Shown: positions 9,464 through 18,322 of the stretch, one piece after another
How positions within the stretch are numbered: the stretch's first letter is position 1
Layout of the letters: every line of letters starts with the position of its first letter
From: Actinomycetota bacterium
GTDB taxonomy: Bacteria; Actinomycetota; Acidimicrobiia; Acidimicrobiales; JAJPHE01
Assembly: GCA_027315345.1 (NCBI GenBank)
Contig: DAHUYE010000041.1
Location: forward strand, 3,204-67,203
DNA length: 64,000 nucleotides
Direction of reading: 5' to 3'
The notes under the pieces: model-generated
What the model saw: the letters and a program-made list of their open reading frames with translations, nothing else
The model's database searches: none
Told to the model about the DNA's origin: nothing
Program-made: the position numbers and the translations under genes

Positions 9464-11493
9464 GAGTACGCCTGCGGGCCGTCCTGGCCGTGGGCGCCGG
9501 TCTGGTCCTGGCCGGGCTGGGCCCCGTGCCGGCGCTGGCCGCTGGCGGCGGAAGCGGGACGACCTCGGGCCCCTCCCTGACCCTGGTCTCACAACCACTG
9601 TGGGTTACCCCGGGCCAGCCCTTTCCGATCAGGCTGGCGCTCGGAGCCACGCCCGCCGCGACGGCCAGTGACGGGGCCGAGCTCGAGGTCTCGGTGTTCC
9701 AGCGCCTGGTGACCCGGTCCGCCTTCGCCCTGTCCCAGCAGGGCCGCTCCTTCGGCCGGGCCCTGTGGAGCGACACCACCGCCCTCAGCTTCGGCGCCGC
9801 CGGGGGCCAGCCGGGCGTGTGCATCCCCGTCGACACCGGGCCCAGCCCGCTCTGCGCCGCCCCCTACGGCCTGCAGACGGGAGACGTGGCCGGGGTCTAC
9901 CCCGTCGAGGTGACCGTGCGGAATGCGGATACCGGGGAGGCCGAGGCCCGCCTGATCACCCACCTCATCATCGTGGACCCGGGCCGGGCCGCCAATCCGC
10001 TCCGCTTCGCCCTCGTGGTCCCCGTAGCCGGGACCTCCCCCCTGACCCCGGCCGGGGACCGCAGGGTCGGCACCACCGGCCTCAGCCGGCTGGGCCAGCT
10101 GGTGGGCGGCCTGGCCCTCCATGGCCCCGACGCCCTGACTCTGGCCCCCGACCCGGCCACCTTGGCCGCCCTGGCCGACACGCCGGAACCGGCGGCCCGT
10201 TCCGTCCTCTCCGGGCTGCGCCGGATGACCCCGGGCGTTCAGGTCCTGGCCCAGCCCTTCACCGACGTGGACCCGGCGGCCCTGGTCGGCTCGAGCCTCG
10301 TCTCCGAACTGGCCACCCAGACCAGCCGCGGCGCGGACATCGACGAGGCGGAACTCGGTCTGCGCCCGCCGGCGGCCACCTGGATGGTCCAGGGCCCCCT
10401 CGACCGCGACACGGTGGCGGCGCTGGCCGGCCTGGGAGCCCGGAGCCTTCTGATCCCGTCCGCCGATGCCGCCGCCGGCTCGGCCCGGCTGACCCCGGAC
10501 CAGCCCTTCCCCCTGGCCGTGGGCCAGGCCTCCTACCCGGCCCTCTCCGGAGACCCCGGGCTGGCCTCCGACCTGCAGATCAGCGATCCCATGCTGGCGG
10601 TGCACGAGCTGCTGGCCGACCTGGCCCAGGTGTACTTCGAGAACCCCAACCTCGAGTACTACCAGAACGGATCGCTGGTCCCCGAGCCCCGGGTGGTGGC
10701 CGCCGTAGCGCCCCGGTACTGGGCGCCGGACAAGGCCGCCCTGACCGAGTTGTTGGGGGGCCTGGCCACCGGGCCGTACCTCCAGACCGTCACTCTGAAC
10801 GCGGCTCTGTCCGTCCCGGCCTCCACCAGCCCGGCCACTCCCACCGGGCCGGTAACGACCCCGGCCGGTCGAAAGCTCGGGCTCGACCCAACCCGGATCC
10901 GCGCCCTGCGGACCGAGTTGGGAGCGCTGGCCGGCTCCCTGGTCCGGCCCATCCCCACCCTGTTGTCGACCTCGGACCTGATCCTCGCTTCCGAGGCGGC
11001 CGGGCTCACCCCGGCCCAACGCAGCGCCTACTTGGGCGCCGCCACCCGGCAGGTCGCCAATGTGCTCAACCAGGTCACGGTGGTGGCCTCGGCCATAACC
11101 CTCACATCACGCCAGGGCCGCATACCCCTGTCCATCGTGTCCAACCTCCCGGTGCCGGCCCGGGTCCAGGTTCAGCTGTCCAGCACCGGCCTGGGCTTCA
11201 CGGGCGGGGGCCAGGACAGCGTGTCGAGGACCTTCACCCTCAGCCTGCGCAACACCACCTGGCTGGTGCCGGTGACGGCCAGGAGGACCGGACGATTCCA
11301 GCTGGAAGTCAAGGTCTTCACCGCCGCCGGGGACCAGCCGATGTCGTCCGCCGACGTCTACATCACCTCCCGGGCCTTTTCCGGAGTTGGAGTCGTCCTG
11401 TCAGTGGGGGCCCTGCTGCTGTTGGCCTTCTGGTGGGGCCGGGCCCTCCAGAAGGGCCGGCGCAACCGCCGCCTGGTCGAGCGGGATGACTGA
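9460..11493 (+). CDS. DUF6049-like large secreted/membrane protein (Rv3909-position homologue)
   Basis: GTG 9460 overlaps the GNAT stop (GTGA). Signal-like N-terminus and a C-terminal TM (VGVVLSVGALLLLAFWW). Lies directly upstream of, and overlapping, murJ as in mycobacteria. Confidence 0.7.
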   Translation: MRVRLRAVLAVGAGLVLAGLGPVPALAAGGGSGTTSGPSLTLVSQPLWVTPGQPFPIRLALGATPAATASDGAELEVSVFQRLVTRSAFALSQQGRSFGRALWSDTTALSFGAAGGQPGVCIPVDTGPSPLCAAPYGLQTGDVAGVYPVEVTVRNADTGEAEARLITHLIIVDPGRAANPLRFALVVPVAGTSPLTPAGDRRVGTTGLSRLGQLVGGLALHGPDALTLAPDPATLAALADTPEPAARSVLSGLRRMTPGVQVLAQPFTDVDPAALVGSSLVSELATQTSRGADIDEAELGLRPPAATWMVQGPLDRDTVAALAGLGARSLLIPSADAAAGSARLTPDQPFPLAVGQASYPALSGDPGLASDLQISDPMLAVHELLADLAQVYFENPNLEYYQNGSLVPEPRVVAAVAPRYWAPDKAALTELLGGLATGPYLQTVTLNAALSVPASTSPATPTGPVTTPAGRKLGLDPTRIRALRTELGALAGSLVRPIPTLLSTSDLILASEAAGLTPAQRSAYLGAATRQVANVLNQVTVVASAITLTSRQGRIPLSIVSNLPVPARVQVQLSSTGLGFTGGGQDSVSRTFTLSLRNTTWLVPVTARRTGRFQLEVKVFTAAGDQPMSSADVYITSRAFSGVGVVLSVGALLLLAFWWGRALQKGRRNRRLVERDD

Positions 11494-13060
11494 GGCCTCC
11501 GGGGGCGAACGGACGGGGCGGGCCGCCCTGGTCATGTCGGTGGGGACCCTCTTCTCCCGCCTCACCGGCTTCGGGCGGGTGGTGGCCCTGGCCTACGCCC
11601 TGGGCCTGACCCACCGCCTCACCGACGCCTACAACCTGGCCAACACCACCCCCAACATCGTCTTCGACTTCGTCCTGGGGGGGGTGCTTTCGGCCACGCT
11701 CATCCCCGTATTCGTGGACCGCCTGGCCACCCGGGACGACGCCGAGGCCTGGAGGGCCATCTCGGCCGTGGTCAGCCTGGTCACCGTCCTGCTGGTGGTG
11801 ATGACGGCCCTGTTCGAGATCGCGTCCCCCGAGCTCATCCGGATCTACACCTTCGGCACCGCCCACTCCGCCGCCGAGGACCGGGCCGCCACCGGGCTGT
11901 TGCGCATGTTCGCCCCGCAGTTGGCCTTCTACGGCTGGATCGTGTTGAGCACGGCGCTGCTCAACACGCGGAGGCGGTTTGCCGTGCCGATGTTCACGCC
12001 GATCGCCAACAACGTCCTGGTCATCTTCGTGCTCCTGGTGGTGCGCCACGTCGCCAACGGCATGAGTGTCGACAACGTCTCCAGTCACGCCGGGGCCTAC
12101 TGGCTGCTCGGGCTCGGCACCACCGCCGGCGTAGCCGTGCAGCTCATCGGCCAGCTGCCCGCCCTGCGGCGGGCGGGGGTTCACCTGAGCTGGGTCTGGG
12201 ATCCGGGCCACGAGGTGGTCCGCCAGATGCTGCGTCTCTCGGGCTGGACGTTCGGCTTCGTGGCCGCCAATCAGGTCGCCCTGTGGGTGGTCCTGCTACT
12301 GGCCAACCGCCGGGACGGGGACGTGACGGTGTGGATGACGGCCTACACGTTCTTCCAGCTCCCCTATGGGATAGCGGCCGTGTCGCTGATGAGCGCCATC
12401 CAACCCGCCCTGGCCGACAGCTGGGCCCGCCACCGCCTGGCCGCCTTCCGGCGGCGGATGGCCGGCGGCCTGCGGGCCATGCTCTCCTTGGTCGTCCCGG
12501 CCGCAGTGGGCTACCTCCTCCTGGCCCGGCCCGCACTGGAGCTGATGCTCCGGCACGGGGCCACCACCGCCGGCGGCGCCGGCCGGGCCGCGGTAGCCAC
12601 CGCCCTGCTGGCCCTGGGCCTGCCCGGGTTCTGCGTGTTCCTACTCCTGGTCCGCAGCTACCAGGCCATGAAGGACGCCCGGACGCCGTTCCTCCTCTAC
12701 CTGCTGGAGAACGCCCTCAACATCATCGGTGCCATCGCCCTCTACCCGTCCCTCGGCGTGCGGGGCCTGGCTCTGTCGGTGTCCATCGCCTACACGGTGG
12801 CGGCCGGGGTGGCCCTGGTCAGCCTGCGCCGTCGGCTCGACGGCATCGAGGGCGGACGCCTGCTGGCCCACCTGGGCCGGGTGGGGGTGCCCACCCTGGT
12901 CATGGCCGTCGGGGTGGCCCTGGTGGGGGCGTTGATCACGGGTCAGAGCACAGCTGTCCTGGCCGGGCGGGTGGCCCTGGCCATCGCCGTCGGGGCGGCC
13001 GCCTATCTGGCCGCGGCCGGCCTGATGGCGGCGGTGCTGGCCCGGGGATCGGCCGCCTAA
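11486..13060 (+). CDS. murJ: Lipid II flippase MurJ (MviN)
   Basis: ATG 11486 overlaps the upstream stop (ATGA). N-terminal MurJ signature SVGTLFSRLTGFGRVVALAYALG. Polytopic membrane protein of 524 aa. Confidence 0.9.
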   Translation: MTEASGGERTGRAALVMSVGTLFSRLTGFGRVVALAYALGLTHRLTDAYNLANTTPNIVFDFVLGGVLSATLIPVFVDRLATRDDAEAWRAISAVVSLVTVLLVVMTALFEIASPELIRIYTFGTAHSAAEDRAATGLLRMFAPQLAFYGWIVLSTALLNTRRRFAVPMFTPIANNVLVIFVLLVVRHVANGMSVDNVSSHAGAYWLLGLGTTAGVAVQLIGQLPALRRAGVHLSWVWDPGHEVVRQMLRLSGWTFGFVAANQVALWVVLLLANRRDGDVTVWMTAYTFFQLPYGIAAVSLMSAIQPALADSWARHRLAAFRRRMAGGLRAMLSLVVPAAVGYLLLARPALELMLRHGATTAGGAGRAAVATALLALGLPGFCVFLLLVRSYQAMKDARTPFLLYLLENALNIIGAIALYPSLGVRGLALSVSIAYTVAAGVALVSLRRRLDGIEGGRLLAHLGRVGVPTLVMAVGVALVGALITGQSTAVLAGRVALAIAVGAAAYLAAAGLMAAVLARGSAA

Positions 13061-13105
13061 TCTGCCTGGGGCCGGGCCGATCGGGCCCGTCGGGGAGGGA
13101 ATTCA

Positions 13106-13942
13106 GTGGCCGGTATCAAGCTAGTGACCGACAGCGCCTGTGACCTGCCCCAGAACCTGGTCGATGAACTGGCTGTCGACATCGTCCCCCTGTCGATCCG
13201 TTTCGGGGCCGAGGAGTTCATCGACCGCCGCGACCTGACCCCGGATCAGTTCTGGTCCCGCTGCTCGGCCTCGGCCGTCCTGCCCGAGACGGCCGCCCCA
13301 TCCCCCGGGGCCTTCAAGGCCGCGTTCCAGAAGGCGGCCGAAGAAGGCTTCACCGGGGTGGTCTGCGTGAGCCTCTCCTCGGCCCTGTCGGCCACCCATC
13401 AGGCCGCCGTCAAGGGAGCCGAGGACCTCGACATCCCGGTCAGGGTCATCGACTCGACCTCCATCACCCTGGGCCAGGGGATCATGGTCCTGGCCGGGGC
13501 CCGGGCCGCGGCGGCCGGCAAGAGCCTGGAGGACGTGGCCGGAACCGTCGAGGACCTGGTCCCCCGGACCCGGGTCTTCGGGGCCCTGGACACCCTGGAG
13601 TACCTCAAGAAGGGCGGCCGGATCGGGTCGGCCCGGGCGCTCCTGGGCTCGGTGCTGTCGGTCAAGCCCATCCTGCGTATCCAGGACGGGGCCGTGGCCG
13701 AGGAATCCAAACAGCGCACCCGGGGCCGGGCCCTGGCCTACCTGGTGGACAAGGTGAAAGAGGCCGGGACCATCGAGAACCTGGGTGTGCTCAACGGCGC
13801 CGCCCCCGACCTCGAAGCCTTCCTGGACATGCTCGGCGCCCTCTACCCCCGGGAGGAGATCGTGGTGGGCGACATCGGCCCCGTCATCGGCTCCCACTGC
13901 GGACCGGGCACCATCGGGGTGACCTACCACACCGCCGTCTGA
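13106..13942 (+). CDS. DegV family fatty-acid-binding protein
   Basis: IKLVTDSACDLP N-terminus and overall DegV pattern. 278 aa. Confidence 0.85.
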   Translation: MAGIKLVTDSACDLPQNLVDELAVDIVPLSIRFGAEEFIDRRDLTPDQFWSRCSASAVLPETAAPSPGAFKAAFQKAAEEGFTGVVCVSLSSALSATHQAAVKGAEDLDIPVRVIDSTSITLGQGIMVLAGARAAAAGKSLEDVAGTVEDLVPRTRVFGALDTLEYLKKGGRIGSARALLGSVLSVKPILRIQDGAVAEESKQRTRGRALAYLVDKVKEAGTIENLGVLNGAAPDLEAFLDMLGALYPREEIVVGDIGPVIGSHCGPGTIGVTYHTAV

Positions 13943-13948
13943 GTTCCC

Positions 13949-14014
13949 GGCGGCGGGCACCCGGGTCCTTCGGACCACGCCCGCCGCTGTGCCCGGGGGC
14001 CCAACCCCGGGCGG
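13949..14014 (+). repeat. 66-nt GC-rich double-hairpin element (copy A), starting 6 nt after the degV stop; probable terminator or REP-like module
   Basis: 62/66 nt identical to the minus-strand copy at 53565-53630. Hairpin 1: GCGGCGGGC..GGTCC-TTC-GGACC..GCCCGCCGC. Hairpin 2: GCCCGGGG-GCCCAA-CCCCGGGC. Confidence 0.7.
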
Positions 14015-14053
14015 CTCTCAGTCCCTACGCCCCGCGCCCCGGTCCTCGGGGGC

Positions 14054-15013
14054 TCAGTGGGCCCGGGCCTCCAGCCAGCGCTCGGCGTCGATGGCGGCCA
14101 TACATCCGGATCCGGCGGCGGTGATGGCCTGGCGGTAGACGTGGTCCTGGACGTCCCCGCAGGCGAAGACGCCGTCCACGTTGGTCCGGGTCCCGTCGTG
14201 GGTGATCAGGTACCCGTTGTCCTCCATGTCCAGCTGACCCTTGAACAGACCGGTATTGGGGGTGTGCCCGATGGCCACGAACAAACCGGTGAAGGGCTGC
14301 TCGCTCACCTCCCCGGTGACCAGGTTGCGCACCTTGAGGCCGCTGACCGAGCCGTCCCCCAGGACCTCGTCCACGGTCGAGTCCCAGATGAAGTCGATCT
14401 TCTCGTTGCGGAAGGCCCGGTCCTGCATGATCTTGGAGGCGCGCAGCTCCTTGCGACGGTGGATGATGGTCACCTGATCGGCGAACTTGGTCAGGAAGGT
14501 CGCCTCCTCCACGGCCGAGTCCCCGCCACCGACCACCGCAATGCGGTGGCCCCGGAAGAAGAAGCCGTCGCAGGTGGCGCAGGTCGACACGCCGTGCCCG
14601 AGGAGGCGGTCCTCCCCCGGGATGCCGAGCATCAGGGACTGGGCCCCGGTGGAGACGATGACGGAACGGGCCCGGTAGGTGGGCTCGGCCGCGGTCGGAT
14701 CACCCACCCACAGCCCGAAGGGAGAGGCGGACAAATCGACCCGGGAGACCTTCTCGGTCACATATCGGGCGCCGAAGCGGGCCGCCTGGGCACGCAGGGT
14801 GGTCATCAGCTCGGGTCCCATGATCCCGTCCACGAAACCGGGGAAATTCTCCACCTCGGTGGTCAACATGAGCTGGCCCCCAGGCTGGTCCGAGGTGGAA
14901 CTGGGCTCGCCCTCGATGACCAGCGGGGCCAGATTGGCCCGGGCTGTGTATATGGCTGCGGTCAGACCGGCCGGGCCGGACCCGACTATGACGACCTCGA
15001 ACTCCTCGGCCAT
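14054..15013 (-). CDS. trxB: Thioredoxin-disulfide reductase
   Basis: VVIVGSGPAGLTAAIY (FAD), redox-active CATCDGFFF, VVGGGDSAVEEA (NADPH). Start set at MAEEFEV (15013) rather than the ORF-track maximum. Confidence 0.93.
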   Translation of the reverse strand: MAEEFEVVIVGSGPAGLTAAIYTARANLAPLVIEGEPSSTSDQPGGQLMLTTEVENFPGFVDGIMGPELMTTLRAQAARFGARYVTEKVSRVDLSASPFGLWVGDPTAAEPTYRARSVIVSTGAQSLMLGIPGEDRLLGHGVSTCATCDGFFFRGHRIAVVGGGDSAVEEATFLTKFADQVTIIHRRKELRASKIMQDRAFRNEKIDFIWDSTVDEVLGDGSVSGLKVRNLVTGEVSEQPFTGLFVAIGHTPNTGLFKGQLDMEDNGYLITHDGTRTNVDGVFACGDVQDHVYRQAITAAGSGCMAAIDAERWLEARAH

Positions 15014-15017
15014 TGCT

Positions 15018-15386
15018 CTACCTCTTGGTGGTTCCGGCGGCGGACCGTCCGCGTGAGAGCAGGAACAACCCGGCCAGGGTGAAAAGTCCCCCGATGGCAC
15101 ACAGACTGATCCAGTCCTGGAACCCGGGGATCTCGTTGAGACCCCGGACGGCGGCCACGGCGGTCAGAACCAGCGCCACCAGGCCCACGATGGCCGCCAG
15201 CGGGCCGTAGACCAGGGCCCGGGCCAGGACCGTGGCCGGCCGGACGGCCTTGTCCCGGACCAGGCCGACGGCGGCTTCGACCCCATCGGCCACCTGGGCC
15301 GGCCAGTTGGCGCCGATGGAACCCAGACCGCCGGCCGGCGGACCGGGGGCAGGCGGGCCCGGCGGGGATGTCCTGGTCGGCTCCAT
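15018..15386 (-). CDS. Small membrane protein (2 TM), unknown function
   Basis: 122 aa. Pro-rich N-terminus and two hydrophobic helices. Ends 5 nt before the trxB start, so probably co-transcribed. Confidence 0.5.
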   Translation of the reverse strand: MEPTRTSPPGPPAPGPPAGGLGSIGANWPAQVADGVEAAVGLVRDKAVRPATVLARALVYGPLAAIVGLVALVLTAVAAVRGLNEIPGFQDWISLCAIGGLFTLAGLFLLSRGRSAAGTTKR

Positions 15387-15415
15387 GGCGGGTCGGACAC
15401 TACCCTCACCTGCCG

Positions 15416-15769
15416 ATGCGCACCCCCCTGGCGCTGTTGGGCGCCGCCGCCCTCTCGGCCCTGGGCGGGGCCATCCTGGGCGAGTACAGCCTGAGCGGCA
15501 TCCTGGCCGTGGTCGCCTGCCTCCTATACGGCATCGTGATCGGCGAAGCCGTCATCGTCCTCCAGCGCCGTCCCAGCCGCCCAGGCGTGGTGGTGGCCGG
15601 GATCTTCCCTCCCATCGGGTGGGTGTGGTCCCTTTGGATCTCGACCGGCCACCACCTGCACTACGCCAGCGGCACCCAGCTGGGCGCGACCGTGGTGGCC
15701 GGCGCGGCCGGGGCGATCTGGGCCCTGACCGGGCGCCGGGCCCTGGAGCGGACCCCGCCGGGCGGCTGA
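15416..15769 (+). CDS. Membrane protein (about 4 TM), unknown function
   Basis: Start taken at ATG 15416 (MRTPLALLGAAALSALGG). Hydrophobic throughout, with GC3-rich codons. Confidence 0.5.
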   Translation: MRTPLALLGAAALSALGGAILGEYSLSGILAVVACLLYGIVIGEAVIVLQRRPSRPGVVVAGIFPPIGWVWSLWISTGHHLHYASGTQLGATVVAGAAGAIWALTGRRALERTPPGG

Positions 15770-15862
15770 GCGCCCCGGCCCGCCCAGGAATCTTCCCGGG
15801 GTGGAGATGGTTTCACCCTGCGGAGCGCCTAAATAGGGCGGAAACCGGAAAGGGTTAGGACC

Positions 15863-16189
15863 ATGTCCGCCAATCTCACCAATCTGACCGACTCGAACTT
15901 CGACGAAGAGGTGAAGTCGTCGGACGTGCCGGTCCTGGTCGACTTCTGGGCCGAATGGTGCGGCCCCTGCAAGATGGTCGCCCCCGTGCTGGAGGAAATT
16001 GCCAGCGAGAACCCCGACAAGATCCGGGTGGTCAAGCTCAACATCGATGACAACCTGGAGACGGCCCGCCGTTTCGACGTGATGAGCATCCCCACCATGA
16101 TCCTGTTCAAGGACGGTGACGCCCAGGTCCGCATCGTCGGCGCCAAGGGCAAGGGCCAGCTCCTCCAGGAGCTCGACTCCTACCTGTAA
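15863..16189 (+). CDS. trxA: Thioredoxin
   Basis: 108 aa. Active site WAEWCGPCK. RBS GGAAAGGG upstream. Confidence 0.95.
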   Translation: MSANLTNLTDSNFDEEVKSSDVPVLVDFWAEWCGPCKMVAPVLEEIASENPDKIRVVKLNIDDNLETARRFDVMSIPTMILFKDGDAQVRIVGAKGKGQLLQELDSYL

Positions 16190-16232
16190 TTGAAGTTACC
16201 CACAACTACATACACAGGTTGTGGATCTTCAA
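16190..16232 (+). terminator. Hairpin immediately after the trxA stop
   Basis: TTGAAG..CCACAAC-(11 nt)-GTTGTGG..CTTCAA imperfect inverted repeat. No U-tract. Confidence 0.4.
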
Positions 16233-16266
16233 AGCTGAAGCGGACATCGAGAGTTGTTTGGTAGAA

Positions 16267-16295
16267 CTTGCCAGCGGCCAGGGAGCGCTGGCAAG
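16267..16295. terminator. Perfect 10-bp-stem hairpin between convergent trxA and parB (possible bidirectional terminator)
   Basis: CTTGCCAGCG-gccagggag-CGCTGGCAAG, followed by TTC on both strands. Confidence 0.5.
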
Positions 16296-16336
16296 TTCGC
16301 GTCGGCCCTGCTCAGGGGCTATCTCTGACCAGTATC

Positions 16337-16354
16337 CCGGCCGATTATGGCCGG
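16337..16354 (-). terminator. Short hairpin directly after the parB stop
   Basis: CCGGCC-gattat-GGCCGG, 1-2 nt downstream of the parB stop codon (16356-16358 on the minus strand). Confidence 0.3.
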
Positions 16355-16355
16355 C

Positions 16356-17237
16356 TCAGCCCGCCACCATGCGGCGATAGATGCGCTCCAGGTCCTCCAG
16401 GTCGGCGAAGGAGACCACCAGCTTGCCCTTGCCTCGGGCCATCTCCACCTTGACCCGGGTGTCGAGGTGGGTGGCCAGCAGCTCCTCCAGCTCGGCGAAA
16501 CCCGGCTCGGGGAGGCGGCCTCTCAGCTTCTGCCTGGGATCGGTCCCCTCCGGGCCCTCGGGCCCCGCCCCTCCGGAGCGAGCCCGGACCGCTTCCTCCA
16601 CCGCCCGCACCGACAGCCCCTCAGCCACGATGCGGCGGGCCAGGGCCTCCTGGAAGGCCCGGTCGGGCGTCCCCAGCAGGGCACGGGCATGGCCGGCGCT
16701 CAGTTGGCCCTCAACCACCGCCTTCTGGATCACCGGGGGAAGCTGGAGCAGGCGGAGGGTGTTGGTGATGGACGCCCGGCTCTTTCCTACCCGGTTGCCC
16801 ACGTCCTCCTGGGTCAGCTGGAAGTCCTCGATGAGCTGCTGGTAGGCGGCCGCTTCCTCCAGAGGGTTGAGGTCCTGGCGGTGGAGGTTCTCGACCAGGG
16901 CCTGCTCCAGCGAGCCCCGGTCCTCGACCGTCTTGACCAGGGCGGGGATGCTCTGCAGGCCGGCCCGGCGGGCCGCCCGCCACCGCCTCTCCCCGGCTAT
17001 CAGCTCATAGGTCTCCAGGCCGGTGGCCCGGACCAGCACCGGCTGGAGCACCCCCAGGACCTTGATGGAGTCGGTCAGGGAGGCCAGTCCCTCCTCATCG
17101 AAGTGCGACCGGGGCTGGTGGGGGTTGGCCTGGATGCTGGCCAGGGGAATCTCCTGCAAGATGGAGCCGTTACCGGCCCGTATCTCCTGGGGAATGAGGG
17201 CGCCGAGGCCCCTACCCAATCCGCTGCGGCGCGCCAC
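16356..17237 (-). CDS. parB: Chromosome partitioning protein ParB
   Basis: N-terminal GLGRGLGALIP, ParB box LQPVLVR, HTH region. 293 aa. Confidence 0.95.
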   Translation of the reverse strand: MARRSGLGRGLGALIPQEIRAGNGSILQEIPLASIQANPHQPRSHFDEEGLASLTDSIKVLGVLQPVLVRATGLETYELIAGERRWRAARRAGLQSIPALVKTVEDRGSLEQALVENLHRQDLNPLEEAAAYQQLIEDFQLTQEDVGNRVGKSRASITNTLRLLQLPPVIQKAVVEGQLSAGHARALLGTPDRAFQEALARRIVAEGLSVRAVEEAVRARSGGAGPEGPEGTDPRQKLRGRLPEPGFAELEELLATHLDTRVKVEMARGKGKLVVSFADLEDLERIYRRMVAG

Positions 17238-18225
17238 CGGACACCTCCTTGGCTAGCTCCCGATAGGCGATTGCTCCCCTGGACGTGGGGTCGAAGACGA
17301 TGATGGGCTGGCCGAAGGAAGGGGCCTCGGACAGCCTCACAGTGCGGGGGACGATGCTCCGGCACACCTTCGGCCCGAAGTGGCTGCGCACCTCGGCGGC
17401 CACCTGCTCGGCCAGGTTGGTGCGGGCATCGAACATGGTCAGGATGATGGCTCCCAGCTCGAGGGTCGGGTTCAGGGCGCCCTGGACCAGGTTGACGTTG
17501 CGCAACAGCTGGCTCAGACCCTCCAGGGCGTAATACTCGCACTGGATCGGCACGATCACTTCGGTGGCGGCGGCCAGCCCGTTTACGGTCAGCAAGCCCA
17601 GGGATGGGGGACAGTCGATCAGGACGAAGTCGAAGTCCTCCAGCACCCTCTCCAGGCCCTTGCGCAGGCGCAGCTCCCGGCTGAACATCGGGACCAGCTC
17701 GATTTCGGCCCCGGCCAGGTCGATGGTGGCGGGGCAGACGAAGAGATTCCGGAGGCTGGTGGGCTCGATACAGTCCTCCAGCGGTGTATCTCGCATTAAT
17801 ACGTCATATATGGATGTATCCAGCCCACGAGCGTTGATCCCGAGGCCGGTGGTGGCGTTACCCTGGGGGTCCAGGTCAACCACCAGGGTCCGATAACCCA
17901 GCTCGGCCAGGGCGGCCCCCAGGTTGACGGCGGTGGTCGTCTTGCCCACCCCGCCCTTCTGGTTGGCGATAGCCATAACCCGGGGCAGCGGCCTGGGCCC
18001 CACCCCCGCCATCGGAACGAGAGGAGCTTCGACCGGCGGTGTCTCCGGTTCAGGGGCGGCCGCTTCCACTACCGGGTCGGGATCAACGACGTATTCTTCT
18101 TCTGGGACGGCCGTACCCTCGGAGGGCTCGTCCGGTGGCACAAAAGCGTGTCCGGGTTCTTGCCAGTCGCTTCCCCACTGCGTCACCCACCCATCCTGGT
18201 CTGCAGAACAGGCCAGGTCAAGCAT
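17212..18225 (-). CDS. parA: Chromosome partitioning ATPase ParA/Soj with acidic Pro-rich N-terminal extension
   Basis: Deviant Walker A IANQKGGVGKTTTAVNLGAAL. About 80 aa of low-complexity sequence precede the ATPase core, so the start may be internal. Confidence 0.92.
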   Translation of the reverse strand: MLDLACSADQDGWVTQWGSDWQEPGHAFVPPDEPSEGTAVPEEEYVVDPDPVVEAAAPEPETPPVEAPLVPMAGVGPRPLPRVMAIANQKGGVGKTTTAVNLGAALAELGYRTLVVDLDPQGNATTGLGINARGLDTSIYDVLMRDTPLEDCIEPTSLRNLFVCPATIDLAGAEIELVPMFSRELRLRKGLERVLEDFDFVLIDCPPSLGLLTVNGLAAATEVIVPIQCEYYALEGLSQLLRNVNLVQGALNPTLELGAIILTMFDARTNLAEQVAAEVRSHFGPKVCRSIVPRTVRLSEAPSFGQPIIVFDPTSRGAIAYRELAKEVSGGAPQRIG

Positions 18226-18239
18226 TACTCCGGTATTGA

Positions 18240-18255
18240 CGTTTCACGTGGAACG
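18240..18255. other. parS site 1
   Basis: CGTTTCACGTGGAACG. The 14-nt core matches the GTTTCACGTGAAAC consensus with one mismatch. Lies 15 nt upstream of the parA start. Confidence 0.8.
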
Positions 18256-18286
18256 TCTGTCACGATCGCAACACGCCAGAAGCCGA

Positions 18287-18302
18287 CGTTCCACGTGAAA
18301 CC
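18287..18302. other. parS site 2
   Basis: CGTTCCACGTGAAACC. Its core is the exact reverse complement of the site 1 core. Confidence 0.8.
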
Positions 18303-18322
18303 TGCCCCATCGAGCCGTGGAG

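Noticed and set aside
9765-11489. 574-aa alternative-frame ORF overlapping the DUF6049 gene on the same strand
   Set aside because: It is extremely Arg/Pro/Gly-rich with no hydrophobic core. The other frame has a signal peptide, a C-terminal TM and a coupled overlap with murJ.
16190-16232. DnaA-box-like TTGTGGAT in the trxA-parB spacer as an extra origin element
   Set aside because: The box is one arm of a hairpin (CCACAAC/GTTGTGG) immediately after the trxA stop. A terminator is the simpler explanation, and there is no cluster of boxes or AT-rich DUE here.
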